A program made the translations under genes and the position numbers. This document shows, piece after piece, positions 13,013 to 24,000 of a stretch of DNA of 56,880 nt (position 1 is the stretch's first letter; every line of letters begins with the position of its first letter). The stretch comes from Vezdaea acicularis (Eukaryota), in NCBI GenBank assembly GCA_026025075.1, contig JAPEUI010000049.1, positions 62,001-118,880 of the forward strand. The letters are read 5' to 3'. The notes below the pieces were generated by a model that was not told where the DNA came from, did not search any database, and worked only from the letters and a program-made list of their open reading frames with translations.

Positions 13013-14383
13013 ATGCCCACCACATCACGCCCCTCGTCCTCCAGCTCCAGCAACAACCCGACTCGCCCAGATCCCTCCCTTTCCCTACGTCGAAGCCGCG
13101 ACGCAGCGCCCTCTCCGTCCCGGGGCCGTTCCCCAACCAGGGGCCGCTCCCTGACAATCGATCGCCCGCCCTCCCTTCGCGTCGAGACGTCTACCCCCGT
13201 TGCCGGCATTGCTGACTCGGCATGGCACGCCAACAATAACTCCGAAGCTTCCACCGCCTACTCCCGGGCCTCGACCCGCGCTATCAGGCGTTCTAGCCCT
13301 AAGGCGCCGGACCCACTGAGTGATAGGGAGTCGCACCCACCTTCCCCACGCCACGGCGCAAGTCCGCCAACTTCTAACTCTCCCCGAGGCTCGAGGATCC
13401 CGAGCTTCTCGGACCCCTTTTCAAGCTCACATGGCGGACACGCGTCTACGCCGCAAGACGCGAGCGCGGAAGATGTCTCGCCGCGCGCAGGGGTGCCTTT
13501 TCCTAGGCTTCCACAGGTGCCGGTCAATACGCCGGGCTCTTCTCCGGTAAGGGTGGTGGGTGCAACGCTTGCGGATGAGCTCAAAGGTGCTGAGCCTGTC
13601 GATGAGGAGGAATCGGCTCAGGGGCTTGGGGAGCACGTGGGCGGGTGTACGGGATTAGAGGCCGATGTGCCGGCTCTAGATCCCAACTATTCTGCCTGTC
13701 ACTGCGACGATTGGTGCGGGACGGCGGTTCTTGAGAGAGCTAGACTGTCTGGAGAGGACGCCTTCCAAGGGCAATATGGACATGTGCAGGGAGCAGCTTC
13801 GCCGTCGGTTGGCCCAAGTACCACAGACGATGTCCTGTTCGAGCGGGACGAAGAGATGATCGTGCAGATATGGCAACAAGTCGGAAGCCTACTCGACGAC
13901 GTAGGATCTCACACGTCGCAGCTCGAAGACATGGACGAGACGGTCGAGTCTCTTCACACGCAGGTCGCTTGTCTGGCTCAGGAGCTCGCGGGCTTCACGA
14001 TGGAATTGAGACAATTAAGACGTGAGAAGAATGAGATTAAGGAGTTTCGCAACGCCTTGTATAAGAAAGAGGTGCGGCTCCGGCGGGTGGAGAGTGTGGT
14101 CAGGAAGCAGGTTGAGCTGGGGGAGATGGTGCAGGTGATGGCGGCGAGTATGCTGGGACATTTTGAAAATGGCCATTTGGTTGGTGGGGTGCTGCATGGT
14201 TTGTTGGAGGAGGAGGTAAGGCGGGTCTTGGGGCAGATTGAGGAGGAGAGGGTGGGTCTGGAGAAGAATAAGGGGGAAGAGGTGAGTGAGGTTGATGCGG
14301 AGACGGAGGAGGAGAGGAAGTGGTTCAGGGATGTTGCGGATGGGGACGGGGACGCGGACGGTCTTGCGGGTGATAAGGTATGA
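13013..14383 (+). CDS. Hypothetical protein (Ser/Pro/Arg-rich disordered N-terminus, C-terminal coiled coil)
   Basis: 456-aa intronless ORF with a heptad-like segment (LEDMDETVESLHTQVACLAQEL...LRQLRREKNEIKEF). No family recognised. Confidence 0.6.
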   Translation: MPTTSRPSSSSSSNNPTRPDPSLSLRRSRDAAPSPSRGRSPTRGRSLTIDRPPSLRVETSTPVAGIADSAWHANNNSEASTAYSRASTRAIRRSSPKAPDPLSDRESHPPSPRHGASPPTSNSPRGSRIPSFSDPFSSSHGGHASTPQDASAEDVSPRAGVPFPRLPQVPVNTPGSSPVRVVGATLADELKGAEPVDEEESAQGLGEHVGGCTGLEADVPALDPNYSACHCDDWCGTAVLERARLSGEDAFQGQYGHVQGAASPSVGPSTTDDVLFERDEEMIVQIWQQVGSLLDDVGSHTSQLEDMDETVESLHTQVACLAQELAGFTMELRQLRREKNEIKEFRNALYKKEVRLRRVESVVRKQVELGEMVQVMAASMLGHFENGHLVGGVLHGLLEEEVRRVLGQIEEERVGLEKNKGEEVSEVDAETEEERKWFRDVADGDGDADGLAGDKV

Positions 14384-14757
14384 ATTGGAGAGAAGAGTTT
14401 GTATGAGACTTAAGACCCGGAAGAAGGGTAACGATAGGAGAAATAGATTAGGAATTCTGAAAAGACGTAGACTTGATTAGAAGTCCATCAAGACATTTGT
14501 CAAAGTGATAGAACAATATTCCATGTGCCGCAGAAAGTCGATACTCAGGTATCTGCAGTATATTGAGAACCAACGACTCCCTTTCGTTATTGATGTCATG
14601 TAAGTTCTCCATGATATGAGTTACCCACATCCTCAGTGGCCATATTGAATTAAGCCGTAGCTTTCCATCGTCAAGAATATCCATCTGTACATTCCATCCG
14701 TATTCCCGAAACTCCCATAAACCCCTTCTCATGGTATATCAAGGCACCATCGAGCCG

Positions 14758-15249
14758 TCATCTATCCCCCTCCTCCCCACCGACCTTCTCCCACTCATCC
14801 TCCGTGCTCGCCTCCGTCCCACTCCCCGCACTCCTCCGCTTCTTCAAGTCCGCCTTATCCTGCACTTCCAAGGCGGTCCCTCCCTTTCCTCCACCCTTGA
14901 CTATTCCCTCGCCCTCGCCCTCCGTGCCCTCGCCCTCCTCCTCCGTCGCCGTCGTATCCCCACCGGCCGCCCCAACGCCCTCCCTTCCCTTCCGAATCCC
15001 CCTCAACCGCTCCGCCTCCTCCTCCTTAGCCTTCGCCGCCGTGACCTCGTTCGCGAACCAGTTGATGGCCCACCACAGGCCGCCGCAGAGGAAGGAGAGC
15101 ACGGCAAAGTGCACGCTGTAGGTCGCGATGAAGAGGACGGCGAGGAGGAGCTGCAGCGCCGCAAAGGAGACGTTGGTCGCGAGCACGAGAGAGGGCGTCG
15201 GGCCGGGCGTGAATATGGACTCGAAGAGCTGCGTGAAGAACTGCGACAT
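14758..15249 (-). CDS. PKR1: V-ATPase assembly factor Pkr1
   Basis: N-terminal LFESIFTPGPTPSLVLATNVSFAALQ...HFAVLSFLCGGLWWAINWF with two TM segments, and a C-terminal STEDEWEKV motif. Confidence 0.9.
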   Translation of the reverse strand: MSQFFTQLFESIFTPGPTPSLVLATNVSFAALQLLLAVLFIATYSVHFAVLSFLCGGLWWAINWFANEVTAAKAKEEEAERLRGIRKGREGVGAAGGDTTATEEEGEGTEGEGEGIVKGGGKGGTALEVQDKADLKKRRSAGSGTEASTEDEWEKVGGEEGDR

Positions 15250-15836
15250 GTTTTGGTCTGTGAGGGTTCTTCCGACGGGGTGAGACCGAATATGCGATGT
15301 ACGTGCGGTCGTATCTAACGTCTACTGTGCTCTCGGAAAAACGCTGCAGTGTGACCGTAGCTGATAGAAGGAGCCCCTCGATAGCGATTGGCGATCCAAC
15401 AAGATATCCGCGCGATAATGGTGCAGCTGGCAAGTTAATATATAGAAGTTCCAGATATGAATGATTTTGCTATCCAGCAGCGATGTTCATGCGCCGTGAA
15501 AGTGGACTTGTTGTTGTTGATGACCTGTCATCTACTTCGCGGTCTGTTGTGACCTGGCCTCCCTCCCTCCCTCCCTCCTACCCACCACCCACCATCCACC
15601 AGCGTCATACTAGCTGCCTGATCCCCAAGCGGTAAAGCGCCGTTTCGCCCCGTGCGCGCCAAACTGCATTTGCGCACGCGAGAAGCTCGAATTCGAGAAC
15701 CGCACACCAACCAAATCCCAAAACACCTTCGAGGACTTTGTCTGACGACGTGCAAGGAGCGGTCTTTGCGTCGAGTTCAAGGCGATTTGATTTATTTTTT
15801 TCGTGAGAATTTCCCGGCTATAGACACGGCGCAGTC

Positions 15837-16420
15837 ATGAAGCTCGTTAGGTATGTTCCGCACCGGGCTTTGTACTGAGTAACTCTCAAAATCTTGAAGC
15901 TTGAGTAGCTGATATATATATTTCCTAGGTTTCTCATGAAATGTGCCAACGAGACGGTCACGATCGAGCTCAAGAACGGTAACCTACATCCCCTCCCCAT
16001 CTCTCCCCCATCCACTGCATACCAGCCTCCCCAAAGCATTATACCAAGCCCCACAAACCTAGCCATACCATCCAACTCCCCTCTTCGCACAACCTACTAA
16101 ACAAGCACACAGGCACAATCCTACACGGCACCATAACCTCCGTCAGCCCGCAAATGAACACCTCCCTGCGCACAGTCAAGATGACGCCCAAAGGCCGCGA
16201 CCCCATCTCGCTCGACACGATCAACATCCGCGGCTCCACCATCCGCTACTACATCCTCCCCGACAGCCTGCCCCTGGATACGCTGCTGATCGACGATGCG
16301 CCGAAGCCGAAGAATAAGGCTCGTAAGGAGGTTGCTGATCGAGGGGGGAGGGGCAGGGGCAGGGGCGGGCCGAGGGGAAGAGGGGGTGGAAGGGGACGGG
16401 GAAGGGGAAGGGGGTTTTAG
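15837..16420 (+). CDS. SMD1: Small nuclear ribonucleoprotein Sm D1
   Basis: [37 protein letters not shown]...[21 protein letters not shown] plus RG-repeat tail. Introns ~15851-15928 and ~15979-16112. Confidence 0.97.
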
Positions 16421-16679
16421 GGGGGGTGGAGATTGGATGAGATTGGTGGGTGCGGCGGAGATGGGGGATCGAGTGGGATCTGCTACTACTGCTGCTGCTG
16501 CTGGTGGGAAAAAGCGGTGTGCGTTTTATACGCAGCCTATCTAGTTTCTAAACCGGCGTTCTGGACAATCCCCTCGAAGGCCAGCCGCACCATCTATTCT
16601 ACTTCCAACGCCCAATGCTAAACCCACCAAACCCGCCCCTCCAAGATCCTCCACCACCACCTATCCCTCTCTCCCCACC

Positions 16680-17621
16680 CTACCCCTCCTCCATCCCACC
16701 CCTCCAAACCCTCACAACCTCCAGTTTCTCCCACCCCCCCCACCTCCCCGACCGTCCCACAGTCTCCGCCCTCCACCCCCCCTTCCAAGCCCTAACCCCC
16801 TCCTTAACCTCCTCCGGGCCGTTACTCAGACACAGCAGGATATACGCCACCCCCCACCTCGGATGCAACAGCCGCGGTAAGTCGGACAGGATGCGGGATG
16901 TCACTTCCATGCCCTTGTGCCCGCCCGCGTAGGATTGGGACAGGTGGTGGGATTCGGTTGGGAAGTGTTTGTTTGTGGGGGGGTTGGTGGTTGTGGCGGG
17001 GGGTGCGGGAAGGGAGGAGGGGGGGAGAGTGTGCGGGGGAACAGTCGAGGTAGGGACATACGGCGGATTCACCAACAGTAGATCCACTACCCCCGCTCTC
17101 AGCGGGGTGGCCAGATCCGCTTGCAGGGCCTCCAGAAACACTCCTTCCCCCTTTTCCCCCTTCCCTCCTCCCTGCTGTTCTCGCCCATCAAACAAAGCCT
17201 TCCCCACCGTCTCCCCTGTAGCACGACAAGCGTATGGATTCATATCCGTCGCCAGGCCCATCACTCCGCCCCTCCCCCCCCTTTCTGCTTCTTCTTCTTC
17301 TTCTCCGCCGAATATGTCTCCACCGAATATATACCTAGAATGCGCGAGGAGGAAGGAGAGGAGGATGCCGGAGCCGGAACCGATTTCTAAGGCTAATAGC
17401 GGAGGTTTACCTCCGTTTTCCGTGGAAGCAGGAGGAGGCGTGGGGGTGGGAGTGTTGGTGGAAGTAGAAGGGGGAGCGGTGGGATTGATGGAGGAAAAGT
17501 GGTGGTGTAGGAAGGCTCGTTCGGAGAGGCTGGAGAGTGTGTCGAGCATGAGGTAGCTGTCTTCGGCGGGTTCGTAGACGAGGGAGAAGGGGACGTGGGT
17601 GGTGTTTGGGGTGGGTAGCAT
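16680..17621 (-). CDS. MTQ2: HemK-family eRF1 glutamine methyltransferase catalytic subunit (Mtq2/N6AMT1)
   Basis: MLPTP...VYEPAEDSYLMLD, LEIGSGSG, TDMNPYAC, NPPYVP, YAGGHKGMEV, with several low-complexity insertions. Confidence 0.92.
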   Translation of the reverse strand: MLPTPNTTHVPFSLVYEPAEDSYLMLDTLSSLSERAFLHHHFSSINPTAPPSTSTNTPTPTPPPASTENGGKPPLLALEIGSGSGILLSFLLAHSRYIFGGDIFGGEEEEEAERGGRGGVMGLATDMNPYACRATGETVGKALFDGREQQGGGKGEKGEGVFLEALQADLATPLRAGVVDLLLVNPPYVPTSTVPPHTLPPSSLPAPPATTTNPPTNKHFPTESHHLSQSYAGGHKGMEVTSRILSDLPRLLHPRWGVAYILLCLSNGPEEVKEGVRAWKGGWRAETVGRSGRWGGWEKLEVVRVWRGGMEEG

Positions 17622-18977
17622 GGTTTAAGCGTATACTAGCTACCGTGGGAGGGGTTTGGTGTGTGTGAGTGTGTATGTATGAATTAGAAGTGGGGGAAGG
17701 AGGCAAGTGGAAAAGTCACGAAAACAATCGGGTCCCATGTCTCTTTATCAATTTTCAACTGTTTTGTTATTGCCAGCTATCTATCTAAGTAGGCGGGTGT
17801 TTTTTTTATCTATTTAGTTTCCAAATTGCGCTTTAATCCAATCCAAATCCGTTTCCCGCCTTTCTCCTTTGGTCCATTTGATCCTTCGACAATTCTGCAA
17901 ATGAAAACAGTCTATTTCCCATCCTTCCCTTCCCTATTCCAGTTTCTTATTCCGAGGTTCGGGGGGCTATGAGCGGGTAGAAAGAAAGCGACGATATGGT
18001 ACAGGACAGGGCCAGAGTTTGAAAAAGAAAATGGTGTTACAGATCAGACGAGACGGAAACCGTAGTCGAACAGTCTAAAGGGTGTGTCTGTGCATAACAA
18101 AGGAGAAGTGTTCAGCTCGAGCAGACCATCATAAATCAGTAGCTATCTCATATATCAGACCTGCGTGACAAACGAGAAAAATGAACCGGGTGTAACGCCA
18201 GGCAAATGATGACGAGGGGGAAGCGTGGTGCACAAAGTCGAGACGGGAAAACCTTCTGAAAGGCTATTTTAAGACTTAAATGGGGTAATATGCAGAAAGG
18301 AAAAAGATATGTAAAAATCGAAGCCCCGCTTCTTTCGGAGTTCGCATCAAAAATGACTCCTCCATCGTCGCAAATCATGACGGCATCAAAAAAACGCAAA
18401 AGATGATCACCAACAAACGGCCAATGCGGAATGCCGAGGATCCCAAAAAAAAAAGAACCACGAGGAGAAGGATGTGGGTATGACAATTGCTGAGCCGACC
18501 ATCCGTAAGCCGCCGATTAGAAGGGGGAGGTATGTGCGGAATCGGGGGGTTATGACGGCAGTCGGCCCGGAGAAGAATGCCGAGCGACTCGATTTCTCCG
18601 GGCTCGAGGTGCAATCACTCCCCCAACCGAAAATTAGCGTCGAAGGGTCCTTGACGAGGATGCGCGCGATGATGTCAGTGACAGACGAAGAAACGTAAGC
18701 GCGGCCAATCATAGCCGAGGACGGGATCCCCTCCGATGCAGGATCGCGACGCAAATACACGCGAATCGTTGTGGGGTTGAAAGGATGGTAGGAGGGAATG
18801 CGCGTTGATGTTTGGGTCCTAGGGCCAAGTGCTCCTTTTGATAGAGTGGGGGAATCCCCGTGACGAGTATTCCCTTTGGATGCAGGGTCCTCATCCCCAT
18901 CGATAGGCTTCGATTGCCGGAGAGACTCCATGAACGAGAATGGTAGAAAATTGGCTGGACGAGTGTATCGTCCTAGT

Positions 18978-21071
18978 TCAATCTTGACCCTTTCTGCGTG
19001 TCTTGCCGGGAAAGTCGACATCTGGATGGACGACGCGCATATGCCTCGTCAGGGCGTCGTTGCGCGAGAAGGTCTTCTCCTCGGTGCAGAGATGGCATCG
19101 GACCTTTTGCTTGCGCGCATTATGAATGGTATCCTCGTGCCGAGTGAGGTCGTAAGGCCGCGAGAAGATCGTGTTGCACGGCTTACCCGTCGAAGGATTG
19201 ATGCGATCGCATTTGTGGGGTCCGGCTTGAGAGTTTCGAAGGAGGGCTGCTGCCGTCATCCCGTTCGCGTGCTCGGCGTTGGCCGCCGTGCTTGTATTCG
19301 CTTGCCGATGCCCCTCACGTTTATGCTTCTGAAGCTTCGCTGGTGTTTCGAATCGCAAGGTACAGCCGTGGTATGTGCAAGTGTAGACACCGGTGTCGGC
19401 AGTCGTCTGATGTGGCTTTGGGGTTTCACGGGAATAGTCTTGCGCTAGCCCATCGCTGATGCTCGACTCCATCGAGGTGAGATGTGCCGGGAACTCTGGG
19501 GTCGGAGCGTTGCCGTGTTGCATAAAGGCGCTCTGCCTACGCGGCTGCGAGTATTGGTACTGCTGAGGCATAGCGACGCTTCCGGGTATCGAAGGAGGGG
19601 TAAAGTTGAACCCGCCGTGTGAAAATGCGGTGCTTTGCCGTCTGCTGGTCGCGATACCACCAAAGGTCCGGTCTGACATAAGATCATCAAGGTCGGAGCC
19701 GTCTTGCGGGAAGAGAGGCATCTTCGCATCCTCCTCGTTCTCGTGAAACTCGAGAGTCACATCCTTAGGTGAGACGGTCTTTGGCGTAACCAAGCTCTCC
19801 TCCGCTCGTCGTTGATGGTCCCGGAGTGCCGCAGAATTCGCCTCCGCTCTTTGCTTCTCTCTCAACTGAGAGGCAGACCCGTATGTTGACTGTGGCGATC
19901 GGGATCCGTAGCCGTTTGACGACATGGCAAAGGGAGAGTCGTGCCGGAACGGTGACTTTGGCCCAGACAGTGAACTAGTCGGTGACATGTCCCGCAAATG
20001 TTCGTTGTTCGCCTGCTTTATCCTCTCAGAGAAGATGCTGCGATATGGTGAGAGAAGAGCGTTTTGTGATGCGGCGGCTCGTGATACCGCTGATGGTGCT
20101 GATGTGATGACAGAGGAGTTGTACAGCTCGTCGACAAATGCGTCGGACATGTTGTGCGTCGGTATCGAGTTGCTGAAATCTGTATCAAAATGTAAGTACT
20201 CGTCGAGCCAGCGGTTTACAGTGTGGAAGTCAACCATACCATTCTTGCCTCCGTCGTGAATATCTTCGGAATATGTAGTCTTGGGCGTCCGCGGTGAGTG
20301 ATGGTCGACGCTAGAGACGGAGTGCCTTCCAGAAACTGAGAAGGCCGGTGCGGGTGAGTCACCGTCCCCATGATGGTCCTTCAATGCCTGAATCATCGCC
20401 AACTTTGCTCTTTGATTTGCGGTCGAATCCCCCTGTGGATCAAAGTTTTGGAATGCCGGTGCGAGGAACGAGTCCTGCGCACCCTCAAACGGCTTGGACA
20501 TGTGGGGCGAGGCGTGCTGCTCGCTCGGGAAATCGTCCTGATAGATCGAGTCTAGGCCCCTAGGTGACAGTTCCGACTGAGCGATTTGTGGGTGAGATGT
20601 CGACGTGTTATATGGTGACGTTGGTCCGTCGGAGCCTATTGTCGACCTCGAGAAGGTCCTCTGATGTTTGCCTCCCTTCCTGTACTGCGCTGAACCTTGT
20701 CCCTGAAATTGCCACTCATGCTGCATAAGAGCGTTCTCCGAGAGCTGAGGAACGGGAGAGGATTGCTGTACGCGGATGTGAGGCGCCTGTGTGTTGTAGT
20801 AGGTCGACTGCATCAACGGGGTGTTCCCACCGAGTTGTGAATATGTCTGCGACTCCGATGTGTTCAACGATCTACCAAAGAGTTGTTGCTGACTCGAAGG
20901 TCTCGCGCTGCCTTGAGACGGTGATGGCGCCGAAGTGCCAAAAGAATTTGTAAAGTAGTGGGGAAAGGTGTTGATCGACGGCGAGTTCAAGTCGGCCGAG
21001 CAGGATTGAGAAGAGTGCGTTCGGTATGGGTATGAGAGTTGATGTTGAGTGTGGTGCGGGTTGGCGAGCAT
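18978..21071 (-). CDS. RPN4: Rpn4-like C2H2 zinc-finger transcription factor (proteasome gene activator)
   Basis: C-terminal HKCDRINPSTGKPCNTIFSRPYDLTRHEDTIH...CHLC...KTFSRNDALTRHMRVVH matches the Rpn4 finger pair, with an extra upstream CTYHGC...HKREGH finger. First ATG (MLANPHH) at 21071. Confidence 0.85.
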   Translation of the reverse strand: MLANPHHTQHQLSYPYRTHSSQSCSADLNSPSINTFPHYFTNSFGTSAPSPSQGSARPSSQQQLFGRSLNTSESQTYSQLGGNTPLMQSTYYNTQAPHIRVQQSSPVPQLSENALMQHEWQFQGQGSAQYRKGGKHQRTFSRSTIGSDGPTSPYNTSTSHPQIAQSELSPRGLDSIYQDDFPSEQHASPHMSKPFEGAQDSFLAPAFQNFDPQGDSTANQRAKLAMIQALKDHHGDGDSPAPAFSVSGRHSVSSVDHHSPRTPKTTYSEDIHDGGKNGMVDFHTVNRWLDEYLHFDTDFSNSIPTHNMSDAFVDELYNSSVITSAPSAVSRAAASQNALLSPYRSIFSERIKQANNEHLRDMSPTSSLSGPKSPFRHDSPFAMSSNGYGSRSPQSTYGSASQLREKQRAEANSAALRDHQRRAEESLVTPKTVSPKDVTLEFHENEEDAKMPLFPQDGSDLDDLMSDRTFGGIATSRRQSTAFSHGGFNFTPPSIPGSVAMPQQYQYSQPRRQSAFMQHGNAPTPEFPAHLTSMESSISDGLAQDYSRETPKPHQTTADTGVYTCTYHGCTLRFETPAKLQKHKREGHRQANTSTAANAEHANGMTAAALLRNSQAGPHKCDRINPSTGKPCNTIFSRPYDLTRHEDTIHNARKQKVRCHLCTEEKTFSRNDALTRHMRVVHPDVDFPGKTRRKGQD

Positions 21072-24000
21072 GGTTGTCGAGTACCGGTGGCGAAGACTGC
21101 AATATATAGAACGGCAGTCAGGGCTAGTCGGACAAAGGTCGGGCCGTGCGAAGAACAAGTCAAATCTTATCCGATTGATCGCCGAGTAATCCCCAATGCA
21201 GGAGCAGAAAAAAGTGTGGAAGGACAAGGAAGTCGAGGGAAAAAAGAAGTGAGCCGAGGAGCCGAGTCGGGTGACGAGCAGAGAGTGCGTAATCAACTAC
21301 TCAGCCAGGAGCGGTCGCAGCCGAAAAGCCCCACGGAATTAAGTCCGTCGAAGTATCGGTCGTAAAGGTCGTGATGCAATTGATTCCGGGGATCGTGGTT
21401 GAGCCTTCGATTGCGTCGTCTTGAAGGTGATGTGGGGGGGAGCATCGACCGGGCGATCGTCTTCTTTTATCGGCGTCAGGGACGAGCGCATCCCACAGGC
21501 GCTGGTGCGCAGACAGTTCTTGGGAATGACGTTGGGGGACGGTGCGGACGCAGGGATCGTGCGCAGGGGTCTTGCCGAGGGACAGCCGTCCAGCGCGAGC
21601 TGCTTGCACCCGGCTCGTCTGATCTGCCACCTTCGAGCCCGTTCCGCGCTAGAGCGGCCAGGGTCGGTCGAACGCGGTAATCGAATGCGAGGAATCCTGC
21701 GCTGGCCGCTGCTCTGCGTTCAAGCCACACCACTCGCAAAAAGTGGCTGAGCCCTGCCCCGCTTCCCCTCTTCAGCAGCGCCGGCGCGGAAAAGGGCCGA
21801 AACAGAAGTCCTCGGTTGAGTTCCGGCGCCCAAAGCAGCTGCCCACACACCCCGCTGGCCCGGCACCCATTTCCCATTTCTCGCTCGACGGCTATTTTTC
21901 GCGTTGCTGGCGGCGCGCTCCGGCCATCGACAGCAAAATCCACAGTTTCGCATCGTGCGCGCTGTGCCTGACATCGACATCTCGCTCCTCCATTATTCAT
22001 CCCCGGTGAAGTCGTCGAGAGGGCGCATGCATTGCATTGCATCGGCCGCCTCGACCATCGTGGCATGTCCACCAGACACGACGATGCCATTCGTCCCTCG
22101 GCACTCGTCCGTCGCATCGTTCTGGCGAAGAAAGCAAGCGCAGCCGACTCCGCAGGGGACGGATTAAAGTCGGGCCCAGACCGCGCTGGCCCTTCTCGCC
22201 AGGGGTTTCAGATCGCCGCATCCGTTTTTAGTTGCTCACATCAAAGACACCGGTCGTCGCTTCCACTTCCATGGCCCTCGCTTGGCCCTTCTCCGCATCC
22301 AGGTCCTGGCCCCGTCGCAACTGCGCCTCACGATGATGTGGCTAGTGACGGCCCTGCGTCCTTCATTGGCTGCAGCTGCTTCGTAGATCATCGTCTGCAT
22401 ATGCTGCTAGAGAGCTTTCCTTTCTGCATTGGGCGCGGATGAGTCCAGATCGGCCGAATCTTCACCCGCAAGACCGGTTTGATACGTCCGTAGTCGTCAT
22501 CCAGGTCCAGCTACCCACATGCAGCGGTATACGTCTCGTTATCTGATCTAACGATGGCTGAACTATTATTACGCGTTGCACAATCGCACTCGTTCCTATT
22601 GCCTTGCCCTTTGGGCTTAGACCAACGTTTGCGTGTCTTTCCCGGGCACGTAGCGTCAGGACCTGAACAAAGAGTATTCGCGTTCACGATATCCCCTACC
22701 TTCAGCTTCGACGCAGCCAAGCACCCCAGTCCCCAAGCATCAGCTGACACTGCCCACGATCGCACTCGCCCAATAACACAAACGGACAGACCCGGATCAT
22801 TAGTCAGATGCGCATCCTACGACGGTGACATCCTGTCGTTCGTTCGGGTATGCTGCTCGAAAGCGGAAGCGAGATCCATCCACCAGATTCCACGAGAGGA
22901 ACAGTACGTGTACCCCGTAACCTCCGCCGTGGCTGCGACGCTACAATGGACGACTTGTGGCTTCGCTGATATTTGAAAACCGCCAATACTCTGCAATATG
23001 CTGACCGGTAAGGCGCTTAGTTGCCCGGCGCAGTCGGCGGTGCTGTTGCTGCTGCTGCTCGCACACTGAGGATCAGGAGGACAACGTGGTTGACAAATGC
23101 GGCTACAACAACCCAAAAACAGCTTGAATCTCCGATCGCAGCAGCGCATGCTAAGCCCGACGCAGTAACCCGCCCAGCATGCAAGGGGGAGTAGAAAAGA
23201 GAGTGCTGACCGAATCCACCCAAAGAAAACGGGTCCCAAGGGGAGGGTAACTCCCTGTCGCAACATGTTTTCCCCCCCAAAAGGAATCCGGCAGATCTCC
23301 GGAACCGCCCACCACAAGACGTGGGGCAGTGCAAGGAAAAGAGATCTGCACCAGCGAAAATTTCCCACGCACCATTTCCCTCTTCGGCTAGCAGACGCGA
23401 ACATCCTGGAAGCCTTCTCGCTCCTACAACCAATCACACCGCATGCTCCACCATGCACCATCCACACTTCCCAAAGCCACACCTCCGCTATCTCCTGCAT
23501 TTCCGGCAACCATTCATTCCCACGCGAGCACCCTGCATTGGTCGCCCTACAAGGCCCCTCGTCCATTCCCGCAACGTCTAGAAGCAAATTATCGGCCCGA
23601 AGTTTTTCCGCAGCGCAGCGGCGGGCGTTTGAGACGCATCTCGACAATGCCTCCCTCCCTCTCTGCTCTGCCATGAATACCTACTTCACCAACCAAACGA
23701 AAGCCCCATGTACGACCGAGCGACCACTGTGGCTGAACACCTCCGCGCCAAGTTCGAGATGGATGCCTTCTCCCGAGGGAAGCATCTGGCGAGTCCGACC
23801 GCGATGGGGCAGCATGTCCGATGCACCTTCAATGGTGGCATGATATGGTATGGGTATGTGACTCCGCCGGGGCAGGTGACGCATCCTTTTCTCTTTTTTT
23901 TCGAAAAGATGGTTCGAGGGAGGGTCATGTGCCCACATAGACAAGCCCAGCAGCTGGTGCTATGACAAGACAAGCCCTGCCTACGACAAGCTCACGCCTG

